Shown: piece by piece, positions 31,501 through 43,810 of the stretch
Layout of the letters: each line of letters opens with the position of its first letter
Position numbering within the stretch: the first letter of the stretch is position 1
Assembly: GCA_965153355.1 (NCBI GenBank)
Contig: OZ231126.1
Coordinates: 22,630,001-22,694,000, forward strand
DNA length: 64,000 bases
From: Flaccisagitta enflata
Lineage: Eukaryota
Direction of reading: 5' to 3'
Position numbers and translations under genes: made by a program
Notes under the pieces: generated by a model
Databases searched by the model: none
Told to the model about the DNA's origin: nothing
What the model saw: the letters and a program-made list of their open reading frames with translations, nothing else

Positions 31501-32268
31501 AAGAAGTTGCAAAGAAAACAAGTTGAACAATCATTAATCTGGTTTTGGCTTTGTTGATGCCTTGCACCTTATACAAGGGGGGGGGGTACTAAAAGGGGTC
31601 CTCAGTCCTGGCTTTTATTCTTATCTAGTCCTGCTGCACTAGATAATGGTGGCTAAAAGAAATGTAAGCTTTTCATGGTCATAGAAGTCAAAAATTTGCA
31701 AAAATAATTAGATTTTGGTCATTTTTTCCCATTTTAAGTATTTTGGGGATTAATGAGGGCCCCTTGAATAGGTCCCTGAGGGGCCCCTTATCTTTTATTT
31801 TGTTTTCCTTTACCAGGTGACAGTATCTCTACATAAAATTTTCCTCCCCAATAACATTTGAAAAGAAACAACCACAAAACTCTCATTATTTTGGCCATTT
31901 TCAGCTATTTTTGTCATTTGGGGGCGTTTTAAGGGCCCCTGGAGGGCTCCCAAGGGACCCCATTAGGCTACCTTGCCTCATTTCATGTTCTACTACTTAA
32001 TATCTTTCAAACAAGACCAGCCCCAAGGTTTTTTAGCAATCTGTCAGGAAGTAGCAGAGAAAACAAGGTGAACAATCAGAAATTTGGCCTTTGTTTTGGT
32101 AATGCTTCGCACCCCCTAAAAGGGGGGGCACTAAAAGTGCTCCTGGGTATAGGGAATTGGGAAATAAGGCCCAAACTTTTTTTCATCTCAAAGTAGACAT
32201 AAAAAGTAAACTTTTCACCGATGCAAATCTTTCTATGACCAAAAAAAAAAAATTTTCACCCCCATCAT
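28531..32268. mobile_element. Foldback-like non-autonomous DNA transposon (~3.7 kb) in intron 1
   Basis: Ends ATGGGGGTGAAAA...TTTTCACCCCCAT; >1 kb inverted arms (about 28531-29750 vs 31060-32266) built from ~550-bp tandem subrepeats; 10-bp direct repeat TATTTATTAG at 28521-28530 and 32269-32278; no transposase seen. Confidence 0.85.
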
Positions 32269-32430
32269 TATTTATTAGCAAGATAGTAGAGGACCGAGAG
32301 GGCTGTCATGCGGCCTCATTATCGCTAGAGAGAGGGGGGGGGGGGCACACGGACGTAAGAAAATTCACAACTTTGTACCAATTTGTTGGGTTCGCTGGCC
32401 ATTGAATCTTTCTATCGTTCCCTCAAAAAG

Positions 32431-32714
32431 GCGGCGGCAAAGCTCTCGTCAACGACGAAGTCGCCGAATGCATCAAGCAGCTGAGAAACAAAAGCAACGA
32501 ATTCTGCCACTCTCAGAGTCTGAAGCTGACCGACGAGGATTTCCAGGACAAATGCGAAATTCTCTTTGACATTCTTGAAAAGATCGTCTCGGATTCTCGA
32601 AGGGAACAACGACTTCTCGTCGGGGAATTGGAGAAATACAGAGAGGTCGACTCTCTGACAGCAATTACCGATGACGAGGTCGCCACATTCAAACAAGAAA
32701 TTGACGAGCTGAAG
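32431..32714 (+). CDS. Exon 2 of HEPN-TIR gene; C-terminal half of HEPN domain plus coiled coil
   Basis: Acceptor ttccctcaaaaAG|, donor AAG|GTGAGC; 284 nt (phase 1 to 0) reading GGGKALVNDEVAECIKQLRNKSNEFCHSQSLKLTDEDFQDKCEILFDILEKIVSDSRREQRLLVGELEKYREVDSLTAITDDEVATFKQEIDELK, matching the DZIP3-HEPN pattern 'I..lR..RN...H.....lsd.eF...w..l...l..l'. Confidence 0.85.
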
Positions 32715-33019
32715 GTGAGCTTTTCATCCATTAAATGGACAATGGTATATTTGTCAGTCTTGGCCCGGTTTTGTTGTTGAAACCGCCAGAGGACGTCATT
32801 GGCATTTTCCCACGTTCAAATTTACGAAAAACATGACGACTTTGCAAATCCAACGATAAAAAAAGATTAAGAGCATAGTGAGGCATCGGAACAATTACTC
32901 CCAAACGATTTGATCAATAAGAAATCAAGAGATATCTATTCAATGTCAATGTAGATACAATCAAAGGTCAATTAAAGTACCTTTCCGTCCTTTTAAATCA
33001 TTTTGTCGTTTCTCATTCT

Positions 33020-33252
33020 GAAACTGGTGGGTTCAAAGCCTGAATTTAAAGTGGTGGGTTTCAAGGCTTCAATTGAAACTAGTGGGTTTCAAGGCCGAAA
33101 TTGAAACTGATTGGTTCCACGACTTCAATCAAAACTGGTGGGTTCTAAGGGCATGAATTGAAGCTGATGGGTTCCAAGGCTTGAATTGAGACTGGTGTGT
33201 TTCAAGGCTTAAATTGGAATTGGTGGGTCTCATGGCTTGAATTGAAACTAGC
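33020..33252. repeat. ~31-bp degenerate minisatellite
   Basis: Repeating AATTGAAACT(G/A)GTGGGTTYCAAGGCYT unit, about 7 copies. Confidence 0.75.
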
Positions 33253-33476
33253 GGAGTAAGGTCAATGAAATTACAGTTAAAAACCTTTCTAACGAAGCTC
33301 AAGGGAACTTGATATTTTTTCGTTACAGGCGAATTTCGCTGTAGCCATAGAGAAACAATCGCTAGTGATATAGTAGCATAAACAACCATCAGAATGGTTT
33401 TGTTCATTTAAAAAGACAGATGAAAGTAATGCGGTACAAAACAGATAAATGTAACGCGGTACAAAATAGCTTATTG

Positions 33477-33562
<86 letters not shown>

Positions 33563-33615
33563 CTTCCCTCTCGCTTTATTTCTCTTTCTTTCTTTTAATC
33601 CTTTCTCTCATCTTC

Positions 33616-33681
<66 letters not shown>

Positions 33682-34653
33682 CTGTTTCTTTCTTTCTTCC
33701 TTCCTTCCTTCCTTCCTTCATTCCTTCCTTCCTTCCTTCCTTCCTTCCTTCCTTCCTTCCTTCCTTCCCCTCCATGAAAAATTCTCTCTCCTTTCCTTTC
33801 TTTCTCTGTTTCTTCCTTCCTTCCTTCCTTCCTTCCTTCCTTCCTTCCTTCCTTTCTTCCTTTCTTTCTTTTTTTCTTCCTTTTTAAGTGCGTCCTCGCA
33901 CTTCTATAAGAGGTCATGTCTGTCGGTTGGTTGGTTGGTTGGTTGGTTGGTCGGTTGGTCGGTCGGTCGGTAACGCAAACGTTTGAAATGCGCAAAACGG
34001 CCATTACACGTTCATCTTCATTCCTTCATTCATTAGTTCATTCATTCATTCATCATTCATTCATTCATTCATTCATTCATTCATTCATTCATTCATTCAT
34101 TCATTCATTCATTCATCAAAAACGTTCATTCATAAATTCTTTATCAAGCGAGGCGCACTTATTGGCCTTAACTTGGCCTTGTTCGCAATAAATTCGTAAC
34201 ATGTCACTCATAAATACCGTTTCCACTGGAAAATACTTTGTTACAGGCGATTTTTCGTTAGTCACAGTTCGTTATAGGCGATTTTTTTAAACAAAGAATC
34301 TAAAGAAAGAATGATGGGACTTTCAAAGATGTTCGTTAGAGGCGGAATTTTGTAAGATGCGTGTTCGTTAGAATGATTTTCTTCTGTATTTGTTTCCACA
34401 CGCGACTTATAGCTGCTGACCTTGTTTTAAAGATTTTTCATTCTCGACCAATCCAATCTCCAATTTTAGACTTAAGACGTCTAAGTTTATTTGTTACGAG
34501 GGCAAGTACTTCCGGAGGGCTTTTATTGGAACATAAGAATGTTTGGAATTTGAAAAGAGGGTAACTTAGAAAAATAGAAAATGCTTCTATTTTGATATCT
34601 TTATTTGCACGGCCTGTTCATCCAGACAAACTTTTTGTTACGTTTTTTCTTAG

Positions 34654-34773
34654 GAAAAGAATAAAAAAATGTCATCAAGCGAAAGCAATAGCAAAGTACA
34701 AGTGATGATAAGTTATGCCTGGAACCCAAAAGAGTCCAACCAAGTTGCTCAAGAATTGAATAAACTCCTGAAG
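34654..34773 (+). CDS. Exon 3 of HEPN-TIR gene; start of TIR domain
   Basis: Acceptor cgttttttctTAG|, donor AAG|GTAAGT; 120 nt, phase 0-0; EKNKKMSSSESNSKVQVMISYAWNPKESNQVAQELNKLLK contains the TIR box1-like VMISYAW. Confidence 0.92.
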
Positions 34774-35146
34774 GTAAGTTTTTGGTCGAGTAAAAATAAC
34801 TTTATTGGCATTGTATTAGCAAAATTTTTATCTTAATTCGTTGTTTATAATTATGTTTTCACAATGCAAAATTTTGAGGAATGGATCACCAGTAATGGCG
34901 GTTGATGTTGAAGGGTAAACAGTCTTGGCGATTCCTTATACTTCTAATACACAGTTTTGAGCTACTTGCTATACTAATGCAAGACTAACACTTGAATTAC
35001 AAAGCCAGTGGATGATAGGGCTTAGATATCAAAGCAGCTAAAATTTTCTAATTGAACCCTGCTACCAATAAGGGCGGCTAATCGCCGTAGGAAAAAAGTC
35101 GTAAATGCTGCTGGAGAAAATGAGAGAGAAAAAGAGAGTGAGAGAA

Positions 35147-35249
<103 letters not shown>

Positions 35250-35268
35250 GACAGACAGACAGACAGAC

Positions 35269-35348
<80 letters not shown>

Positions 35349-35675
35349 CAATTAACTCGATTCCGCATTTGGGGGAAAAGTGCGAAAAATGCGAAAAAAT
35401 AAAAAAAGATTTAAAAAATCATAGCTTCAAAACTATCGATCACACAGAATTCTGCTTGGCGTCATCTGAAAGAGGAGATTTAGCTCTTTCTTAGCTATTA
35501 TTTTCATGCGTAGTCTCGTTCTGCCCCCAAAATGCAGCAACTTCCCCAAACGCCTCATAAAACAAAGGGAAATCCGTTTTTCTCTGCAGGACTCAAAAAG
35601 ACCGAAGGGACTTCGTCTCTTCGACTTTTTTTCAAATAAGGGACTTCAAGGGACCAACGAATTTGATCTATCATA

Positions 35676-36438
35676 CCCTGTGTTCAAAAGCGAGTGATAC
35701 CAGCAAAACCTTTATTGGGCCTAAAGTACTTATTTTGAGAAATTCAGATTGGTTTCATTTGAAAGCGCATAACCTACCATTTATTCATGCAAAATTTCAT
35801 AGCACTGGGTCTAGCAGTTTAGCTTCCACAAAATTTTGAATATTCATGAAATTTTAAGGAATTTTGTTCAAAAACTGCATTGTTAAACTATTTTACATCA
35901 ATGAACCCTTGCAATTTTTGCATAAATTGAGCGAAAATCAGCACACTGGTCGTGAATGGGAAGTATTTGACCCTTCTTTTTCATATGATTTGATTTGTCA
36001 ATATTTTGAAGAAAACAAGAGACCTCATGACCAGCAATGTGATGCAAAACCTATTCAGACTTTAAAAAATCAAAGAAAAATTAAAATTTGCCACATGAAT
36101 TTCCGTGATTTGGTACTTATGGCTTGAAATACATAAACTGAAACTAATATCCTTCTTTCTGGACCAATCTGGCCATTTTTGCATGATTCATATAATAATG
36201 TAATTGATTCTAAGCTACATAAGTCAGTCCATCATTATCTTAGGAATCCTCTAATGGTTTATCAACATTTTCATTCAAAACTATGTGGAAGCTCAACCGC
36301 TAGAGCCAGTGCTATGAAATTTTGTATGAATAAATGGTAAGTCATGTGCTTTCAGGCAGAACCAATCCAAAACTCCTAAAATGAATACTTAAGGCGCAGT
36401 AAAGGTTTTGCTGGTATCACTTGCTTTTGAACACAGGG
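35676..36438. mobile_element. MITE with TA TSD in intron 3
   Basis: TA|CCCTGTGTTCAAAAGCGAGTGATACCAGCAAAACCTTTA ... TAAAGGTTTTGCTGGTATCACTTGCTTTTGAACACAGGG|TA. Confidence 0.82.
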
Positions 36439-37044
36439 TATGAGGATACTGGATAGGTACCAGGGATGCAGAAGCAGTAGATTCTTGGACCGCTTCTTGG
36501 ACCGCTTCCGCTTCCCATTGGCCTGTTTGAAAATAAAATGACAGCTTCCTCTTCAGCTTTCGCTTCTACAGTTTTGAATAGCATAGCTTCCGGTTCTGCT
36601 TCCGCTTACTCTAAGGCAGAAACCTGATTTCATATCCATCACACAAAATCTTATGTTTGTCTCGGCTCCATTATACTAGGGAAAAACTGTAGTTAGGATC
36701 AGGGTGGCAAAAAATTCTACAGGTCTTAGGCACAACTTTTCCCGGTGCTATATGTCCAACTCATTAAAATTGATTATTGTTACGTAAATGATGTATAAAA
36801 CTACTATTTCTCAATATTCTAGTTTCTATATCCTAGGAAAAAAGAGTTCTTACATAAACAAATAAGTGATTAAACCTCAAGCCCCATTTATCATGATTAG
36901 ACCTATCCCTTGTACGTTTTTCCTTCTTTATTTCACTCATTATCTCAATTTTTCTGTAAATTCGACTTTTGAATTGAATGTAGCAAGTAGGCCTATGTTT
37001 CTGCCGCCCTGGTCTTAGAATAAACGAGTGATGAAAATTTCCAG

Positions 37045-37210
37045 GACAATGGATACCATGTATGGATCGACAAAGAACAGATGAGTGGTGACATAGTTGA
37101 AGCAATGGCGGAAGCCATCAGCACATCGGAAATCGTCGTTGTGGTTTTCAGTAAAGACTACACCAGCAGACCAAACTGTAAAAAAGAGTGCGCAATGGCC
37201 CTAAAAAAAG
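37045..37210 (+). CDS. Exon 4 of HEPN-TIR gene; TIR core with putative catalytic Glu
   Basis: Acceptor tttcCAG|, donor G|GTAAGC; DNGYHVWIDKEQMSGDIVEAMAEAISTSEIVVVVFSKDYTSRPNCKKECAMALKK is typical TIR_2 (VWID, MAEAI..S..VVV..S..Y....NC..E). Confidence 0.95.
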
Positions 37211-38095
37211 GTAAGCTTCATTCATTTCCCTTGAATTCAACCTTGCTAAAAATACTGGAACATGCATTTCAGGGAAATGGTTATTGCTATTTACTTGGTC
37301 AACATAGCACAATCGGCTGACCAAATGGTAGCCCAGTACGAGTAATGGCCGCCATAACAAAATGAGGTGGCCATTTTTCTTTTGGCTTTGTAGACCCAAA
37401 TCATAAGGGTTTGTATCAAATAGGCTTAACAAGGCCGAATACACGGCTACCCCAGTCGCGTGCGGGTGGGCAGGGGCCATATTTGAGGTCACTAGACCAT
37501 TTTGGCCGGAGCAGTGACGTCAGAGAATAAAAAACATAAAAACAGTAAAGTGTGACCGACCAACCAAACAACCGACCGACCGACTGACGGACAAAGCGGG
37601 GTGTAGAGTCGCTTGCACGCGACTAAAAACCCGCGGAAGACTAAGAAAACTACATTAACTATAACCCAAGCATTTTTCGTGGTTTTTATTTAGTTGTGGA
37701 TACGTAATTCTGTAAGAGGCTTTGTCGACTGTCGGTCCGTCAGTCCGTTTGTCCGTCGGTCCTGGTGATTGAGTGATTAAAAAAAGCGTTTTGGATAATT
37801 TATCTGTATATTTATGCTTGTGGGGCTGGGGTGGGGCTGGTGATGAGTGTGTGGATGGGGGTTTGATGCCCCTGCCCACTCGCCTGCAAGGTTATTGTGA
37901 GTCACATTATGTGACCCCGCATCATTTTTCTTCCAAAAACTGTTGCAAATTTGGTTTTCTTAAACTCTCCACGGTTTTTTTCTTCAACAAATTAAGCTCA
38001 AAAAAGTTTCTAAGATCATATCCGGGAGACTGTAAAATACTCATATGTTTATTGGGTAGCCAAGGAACAATCCTTAAAACAATATCATATTCCAG

Positions 38096-38254
38096 AATCT
38101 CGTGGTGATCTCGTAGTTATTCCGGTGAAATGCACGGAGTGGACACCTGACCAGGACATGTGGTTAGATTTTCAGATTGGAGGCAAACTTTATTTCGACT
38201 TCAGCGTCACAGATGCCGAAGCGAAAAACCAAATAAGAAAGAATTTCCTTCAAG
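38096..38254 (+). CDS. Exon 5 of HEPN-TIR gene; end of TIR domain
   Basis: Acceptor attcCAG|, donor G|GTGAAG; phase 1-1; ESRGDLVVIPVKCTEWTPDQDMWLDFQIGGKLYFDFSVTDAEAKNQIRKNFLQ shows the IPV...WL...IG.KLY.DF pattern of invertebrate TIR_2 domains. Confidence 0.93.
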
Positions 38255-38536
38255 GTGAAGAAATTTGCTTGACAGCTATTTTGATCAACACTTGGGTAGG
38301 AGTTGCAAAAACCGTCCATAAATGACAGAAGAGCAAAGTGTTACTGACAGACAAACAGACCAAGCAATCGACAGAAAGTCCAACCAATCGACCGTCCAAT
38401 GAAGCTGATTACAGTTGCGGCAAGAAACCTATTCAAGCCAAATGGTTGAGAAGATAAGAAACTGGTAACAATCGTGATTACAAAGAAATGATCAAACCAT
38501 TTAGTGCCATTATTGATAATTCCTGTTATGACACAG

Positions 38537-38625
38537 AAATTCAAAGAGCGCTAACGAAGAGGAAGGATGCTGAGACATCGGCGGCCGGAGGCGAAAGTGA
38601 CGAAATTGGCAAAAAGGACGATGAG
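38537..38625 (+). CDS. Exon 6 of HEPN-TIR gene; final TIR helix and charged linker
   Basis: Acceptor acaCAG|, donor GAG|GTGATA; phase 1-0; EIQRALTKRKDAETSAAGGESDEIGKKDDE continues the frame. Confidence 0.75.
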
Positions 38626-39315
38626 GTGATAAGAAGGAAGTAGGACCTGACGTAGCTATGGTTTTGAAAGCAAGGCCGGATACACGGCTACACCAGTCGC
38701 GTGCGGATGGGTAGGGGCTGTATTTGAGGTCACTTGATCATTTGAGCAGGAGCAGTGAGGCCAAAGAACGCAAAATAACAAAACAAAACAAAAAATGTAG
38801 TGTGACGGACCGACGGATGGACGAACCGACGGACGGTTCGACAAAGCGGGAAGTAGAGTCACGTAGCACGCGACTAAAAAGTAAAAACTAGTAAAGAGTC
38901 AAGGTTACCATGTATTCGGCCTAGCGCCTTGTTTTCGTTCAAATGGCGCCAACCAGACGTCTTTACGATCGTTACTTTTTGAGTCATGATTTCTTGAATC
39001 TATTTTCATTTTTTCTCGCAATTTCCGCATTTTTAAAAAAAATGAGATATTAAGTTAGTTGAAGTCTAATTGATCTTTGAGATGTCCGAGGTGATAATTG
39101 TGTATGCTAGTCCGTCTACGTTACCAGAAACTGCAATTTTCATTTGCGGACACGCAACCCTAAAAGAGGCTTTTTCTGTCCCCTGGTCCATCTGTCTGTC
39201 CGTCGTTCCGTCCGTTAGTCCGCAATTATCGAGTAAAAACGTGGAAAAAGGAGCGTTTCAGATACTTTTTGGGCAGCGGCCCCGAAGGGGTCGATGACCT
39301 ATGCTTTCACACATA

Positions 39316-39722
39316 CTATGCGAATTTAAAAAAAAGACCTTTTTATTTGATGAAAAAACTGACTTTAAAATTGTTGAAAAAATTTATTAGAGAAAAAGAT
39401 TTTGAAGATTTTATATTATCTTTCATTCTAGACCAATCCCAGATCTGTATCTTTAACGGTTTAGGAGCTAGAGCTCTCTAAAGTGAGACACCATTTTGGT
39501 GAATTGCATCTTTTTCAAAGGAACTGCAAAAACAAATTTGGCAACATTTTTATTCAAACTAATGCCATTTCTAAACGAAAAAAGTTACAGTTACCAGATT
39601 GGCGCCAAATGAAAGAGTTTTTTCAAGGGTTTCAAAATGATCTATGATTTTAATTAGTTTTTTTGATTGTCAATGGCGCAATCAACCATTCAAAAGTGCG
39701 TCTTTTTTAAAAATTCGTATAG
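39316..39722. mobile_element. MITE with TA TSD inserted into a HINE-like element; related copy at about 2585-2980
   Basis: Interrupts the otherwise contiguous CACACATATG motif as TA|CTATGCGAATTT...AAATTCGTATAG|TA; internal sequence (TTCTAGACCAATC..ATCTGTATCT..AACGGTT.AGGAGCTAGAGC) is shared with 2690-2740. Confidence 0.72.
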
Positions 39723-42032
39723 TATGTGGAATTTTCTCCTCCTTCTTCTTCTCCTATCCTCCAGCGTACCCCCCTCCCCCAAGCCTCGAGGCCCATATCT
39801 CAGCCTCGAGGCCCATATCCCAGCCTTGAGGCCCAAATCCTAGTCTTTAGGCCCAAATCCCAACTTCGGGGCCCAAATTCAAGCCTCTAATAACTAACAC
39901 AAAAAAAGGCCCAGGCGCTTGACGATTTTCGATATAACAAGCTCAAATGGACGTCTAAACTGAAAGTTAAGTCAGCTTGTGACCCCCCGAGGTGGCCTGT
40001 ATCCTGGAATTCTCGCTATATTGGATGCCTATTTATATGAAGGATTTTGAGTCAGCGCCAACGGTCAGAACAGCGTGCACAAAGCGTGCACAAAGTTGAG
40101 TATAAAATCAAATCAAAGGGTTTGGAGATGGGGAAAAATTCAAAAGCTAGAAAATAATAAACAAGGCCGGATACACGTCCACCAGATGCGGACGGGTGGG
40201 CAGGGGCGGAAATGCGCGTTTTCCCACTTTTTGACTCGATCATTACGGACCAACGGACGGACGGACGGACTGACGGACGGACGGACAAAGCCTCTTATAG
40301 AATTTTTGAAGATTTAACACTTTTTGTAGTTCCAAAAGGTGATACTTGATTACCACAACACAATTTACCACTATTTAAACCTATAATATACTGTTTTATT
40401 GCTTTGTGGGGAAGAAAATCATAGATTTTGTATTGCAACGCAACACATCGCGGGGAAGAAAATCAAAGGCGGGGGGGGGGGCCCCCCCAATAAGATCAAA
40501 AGCCACTCAATTATGTACATCCCTTCATAGAATTGTAGGATTTTGGTTTGAAATAATTAGAGAAAGAACAAAGTTATCGGTCATTGAGTGCAAAACTTTG
40601 CATTGTGACAAATATGACTTTTTGGAATTACAAAAAACAAGTCTAATCAGGCGACGAATAGAGGTGTCATCGCATCCACAACGATTTCTGACGGGGCGTA
40701 TGGGATCACTGTAGAGAACGACGGACCGACCTCTTGTAGAGACGCGATGATGCATGTATAACAAGCCCAAGATGTGCACGTTGCAGATTCCAATTTGTCG
40801 GATAAATGGATGTATCAAGCAATGAATGAATGAATGAATGAATGAATGAATGAATGAATGAATGAATGAATGAATGAATGAATGAATGAACGATTGAATG
40901 AATGAATGAATGAATAAATGAATGAATGAATGAATGAATGAATGAATGAACGAATGAATGAACGAATAATTGCATAACGGAATATGAAAATAGAGGGAAG
41001 AAAGAATGAATGAATGAATGAATAAATGAATGAGTGAATGAATGAATAAATGAGTGAATGAATGAATGAATGAATTAATGAATGAATGAATGTACGAATG
41101 ACCAGGTGAATAAATGATTTTAAAATGGTTTAATGAGTTCAAAAAATTGTGATTTCAATTTTCAAAGCTCAACAATATACCGGACCCAGGTGAACATAGC
41201 TGATCCGTCATGATGCCTTTCTGTCCCCAACCCCCCCCCCCCTGCATTTTGTAGTAGTTGTAGTGTGCTCTTGTATTTGTGCCTCTGTAATTCTCGTACA
41301 TCACAGTGGGATGAAATTAAATGTATCTGTATCTGTGTCTTTCTTTGAATGAATGAAACTTTTGATAGAAATGCTGATTTGCATATTGTCGTATTTTGAA
41401 AACTTCGTCACAGAAAGAGTGGTTAACAGGCGCAAACCGTCTCACACTTATACGCTTTCGTTCGATGTGTCATACATTGATAAATGTCCAACACAGCCTA
41501 ACATAGACATGAAGGAAGGTAGACACGATTTGATAGAGTAAAGTGCAAATCACTGGCCCAGCGCTGATGCCTTAAAGTTTGAAATTTTTTGTTAATCGAT
41601 TTAATAACTTAACATGACCGTATCCTCGTAGTTGCTTGGCGTGAAAACAAACCATATGAAATTTTAAGGGCGGCCGAGGAGCCGCCCCGCTATCTCTCAG
41701 TATGGGGCTTGGGGCTTTGATGATTCGGTCTTGGTAGAACCCAAAATTGTCCGTTAAAGTCGAGAGAATAAAATAGTAAACATTTTTAACCTTAAATTTA
41801 AGACAAACAAGTATAGTGCAGGGTGTTTCACATCAAACGAAATATCAGCGGAGCCTGCATTCTCCATTAGGCTCCATTAGGCTTGTCCATTTTGAAATAC
41901 CTCTTGCTCTTGTGATTTTCCATTTCTTCGTACATAAATAGAGCCCAGTCTACTCGCAAAATCAATTCCAACATGATCTTTGCAGAACGTCATCGTACTT
42001 AATTAAACATTGCAGTTCTAAAATCTCTTTTT

Positions 42033-42260
42033 AGTCGCGTGCTACGCAACTCTACACCCCGCTATGTCGGTCCGTCCGTCGGTCCGTCGGTCCGTCGGTC
42101 CGTCCGTCGGTCCGTCGGTCCGTCCGTCACACTTTACTTTTTTTTTGTTTTTTTTTTTGGGTTTTTGGCTTCACTGCTCCTGCCCAAATGATCTAATGAC
42201 CTCAATTACGGCTCCTGCCCACCTGCACGCGACTGGGGTAGCCGTGTATCCGGCCTTGTT
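42033..42260 (+). mobile_element. HINE/DINE-1-like family B copy
   Basis: Same architecture with (GTCC/GTCG)n core and GCCGTGTATCCGGC hairpin, flanked by T runs. Confidence 0.7.
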
Positions 42261-42378
42261 TTTAATCGCGGACACGCGACTCTATACCTTGCCGTGTCGG
42301 TCGGTAGGTCGGTAGGTCGGTAGGTCCGTCGGTCCCGTAACCTTTTTGAATTCTGAGCGGTTTTCGCATTACTACTCC

Positions 42379-42519
<141 letters not shown>

Positions 42520-42687
42520 CATGTAGCCGGAAAGATCGGGCCGTTGAATTTTAGTCGCGTGCTACGCTTTGTCCGTTCGTCGGTTGGTCAGTCGGTGCAT
42601 AACCTCTCACTTTTTTGGGCAGCTGCCTCGGAGGAGACGATGATCTATGTTTTCACAAATTGGGAAATTTCTTCTCCTCCTCCTTAT

Positions 42688-43234
42688 GGGCAGCGGCCCA
42701 GGAGGGGTCGATGACCTATGCTTTCACACATATGGGGGATTTTCTCCTCCTTCTCTTCCTCCTCCTCCTCCTCCTCCTCCTCCTCCTCCTCCTCCTCCTC
42801 CTCCTCCTCCTCCTCCTCCTCCTCCTCCTTCTCCTCCTCCTCCTCCTGGCTCTTTCTACGTCCCCCCTCAAATCCCAGTCCTGAGGCCCAAATCCCAGTC
42901 TTGAGGCCCAAATCCTAGCCTAAAGGCCCAAATCCTAGCCTCAAGGCCTAAATCCTAGCCTGGAGGCCCAGATTTCAGCCGTGAAGCCAAAATCTCAGCC
43001 TCAAGGTCAAAATCTCAGCCAAGAGGCCCAGATCCCGGCCTTGAGGCCCAAATCTCAGTCTCCAGGAGGAGGAGCAGGAGGAGGAGGAGGAGGAGGAGAA
43101 AATCCCCCATATGTGTGAAAGCATAGGTCATCGACCCCTTCAGGGCCGCTGCCCTGCTCCCCTGTCAACTTAAACCACAACCAACTTAGGCATGGCACGG
43201 GTACCTCTGACCATCTAACGCTTTTGCGACTATT
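42688..43234 (+). mobile_element. HINE-like family C carrying a 20-21-bp minisatellite (representative copy)
   Basis: ~50-bp inverted repeat GGGCAGCGGCCC..AGGGGTCGATGACCTATGCTTTCACACATATGGGGG enclosing (CCT)n and GAGGCCCAAATCCYAGCCTY arrays; conserved 3' end GGGTACC.CTGACCAT plus small hairpin and GACTATT. Other copies at about 12976-13422, 14733-15200, 20351-20842, 44589-45214, 45500-46141, 46252-46706, 46740-47436, 49871-50450, 55980-56500, 57566-58292, 63612-63930. Confidence 0.68.
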
Positions 43235-43810
43235 GTGTATGTTTGTGTGTGGGGGAGTGAGAAGTGGTGGTTGGGATGTGGATCGACCCGCTATGTCGGT
43301 CGGTTGGTTGGTCGGTCGGTCGGTCGGTCGGTCGGTCAGTCGGTTGGTCAGTCAGTCAGTCAGTCGGTCGGTCGGTCAGTCAGTCGGTTGGTCGGTCGGT
43401 CGGTCGGTCGCTCGGTTGGCCCCCTTTTGGGCAGCGGCCCCGAAGGGGACGATGACCTATGCTTTCACACATATGGGGGAGTTTCTCCTCCTTCTCCTCC
43501 TCCTTCTCCTCCTACGTCCCCCCCCTCAAATCCCAGTCCCGAGGCCCAAATTCCAGTTTAGAGGCCCAAATCCCAGTCTTGAGGCCCAAATCCTAGCCTC
43601 AAGGCCCAAATCCTAGCCTCAAGGCCTAAATCCTAGCCTGGAGGCCCAGATTTTGCCGTGAAGCCCACATTTCAGCCTGAAGGTCAAAATCTCAGCCAAG
43701 AGGCCCAGATCCTGGCCTTGAAGCTCAAATCTCAGCCTCCAGGCTAGGATTTAGGCCTTGAGTAGGACATCCCAGACCGGCTGGTTCTGAAGGCTACTAC
43801 TAAAATCTAT

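Noticed and set aside
32412-32731. Minus-strand ORFs over exon 2, and an initial death-domain reading of that exon
   Set aside because: These are antisense shadows of the + strand exon; the motif pattern with exon 1 fits DZIP3-like HEPN better than a death fold.
40043-40099. Possible alternative terminal exon (DFESAPTVRTACTKRAQS*) in phase with exon 6
   Set aside because: Weak acceptor without a pyrimidine tract, very short, flanked by repeats; cannot be supported without transcripts.
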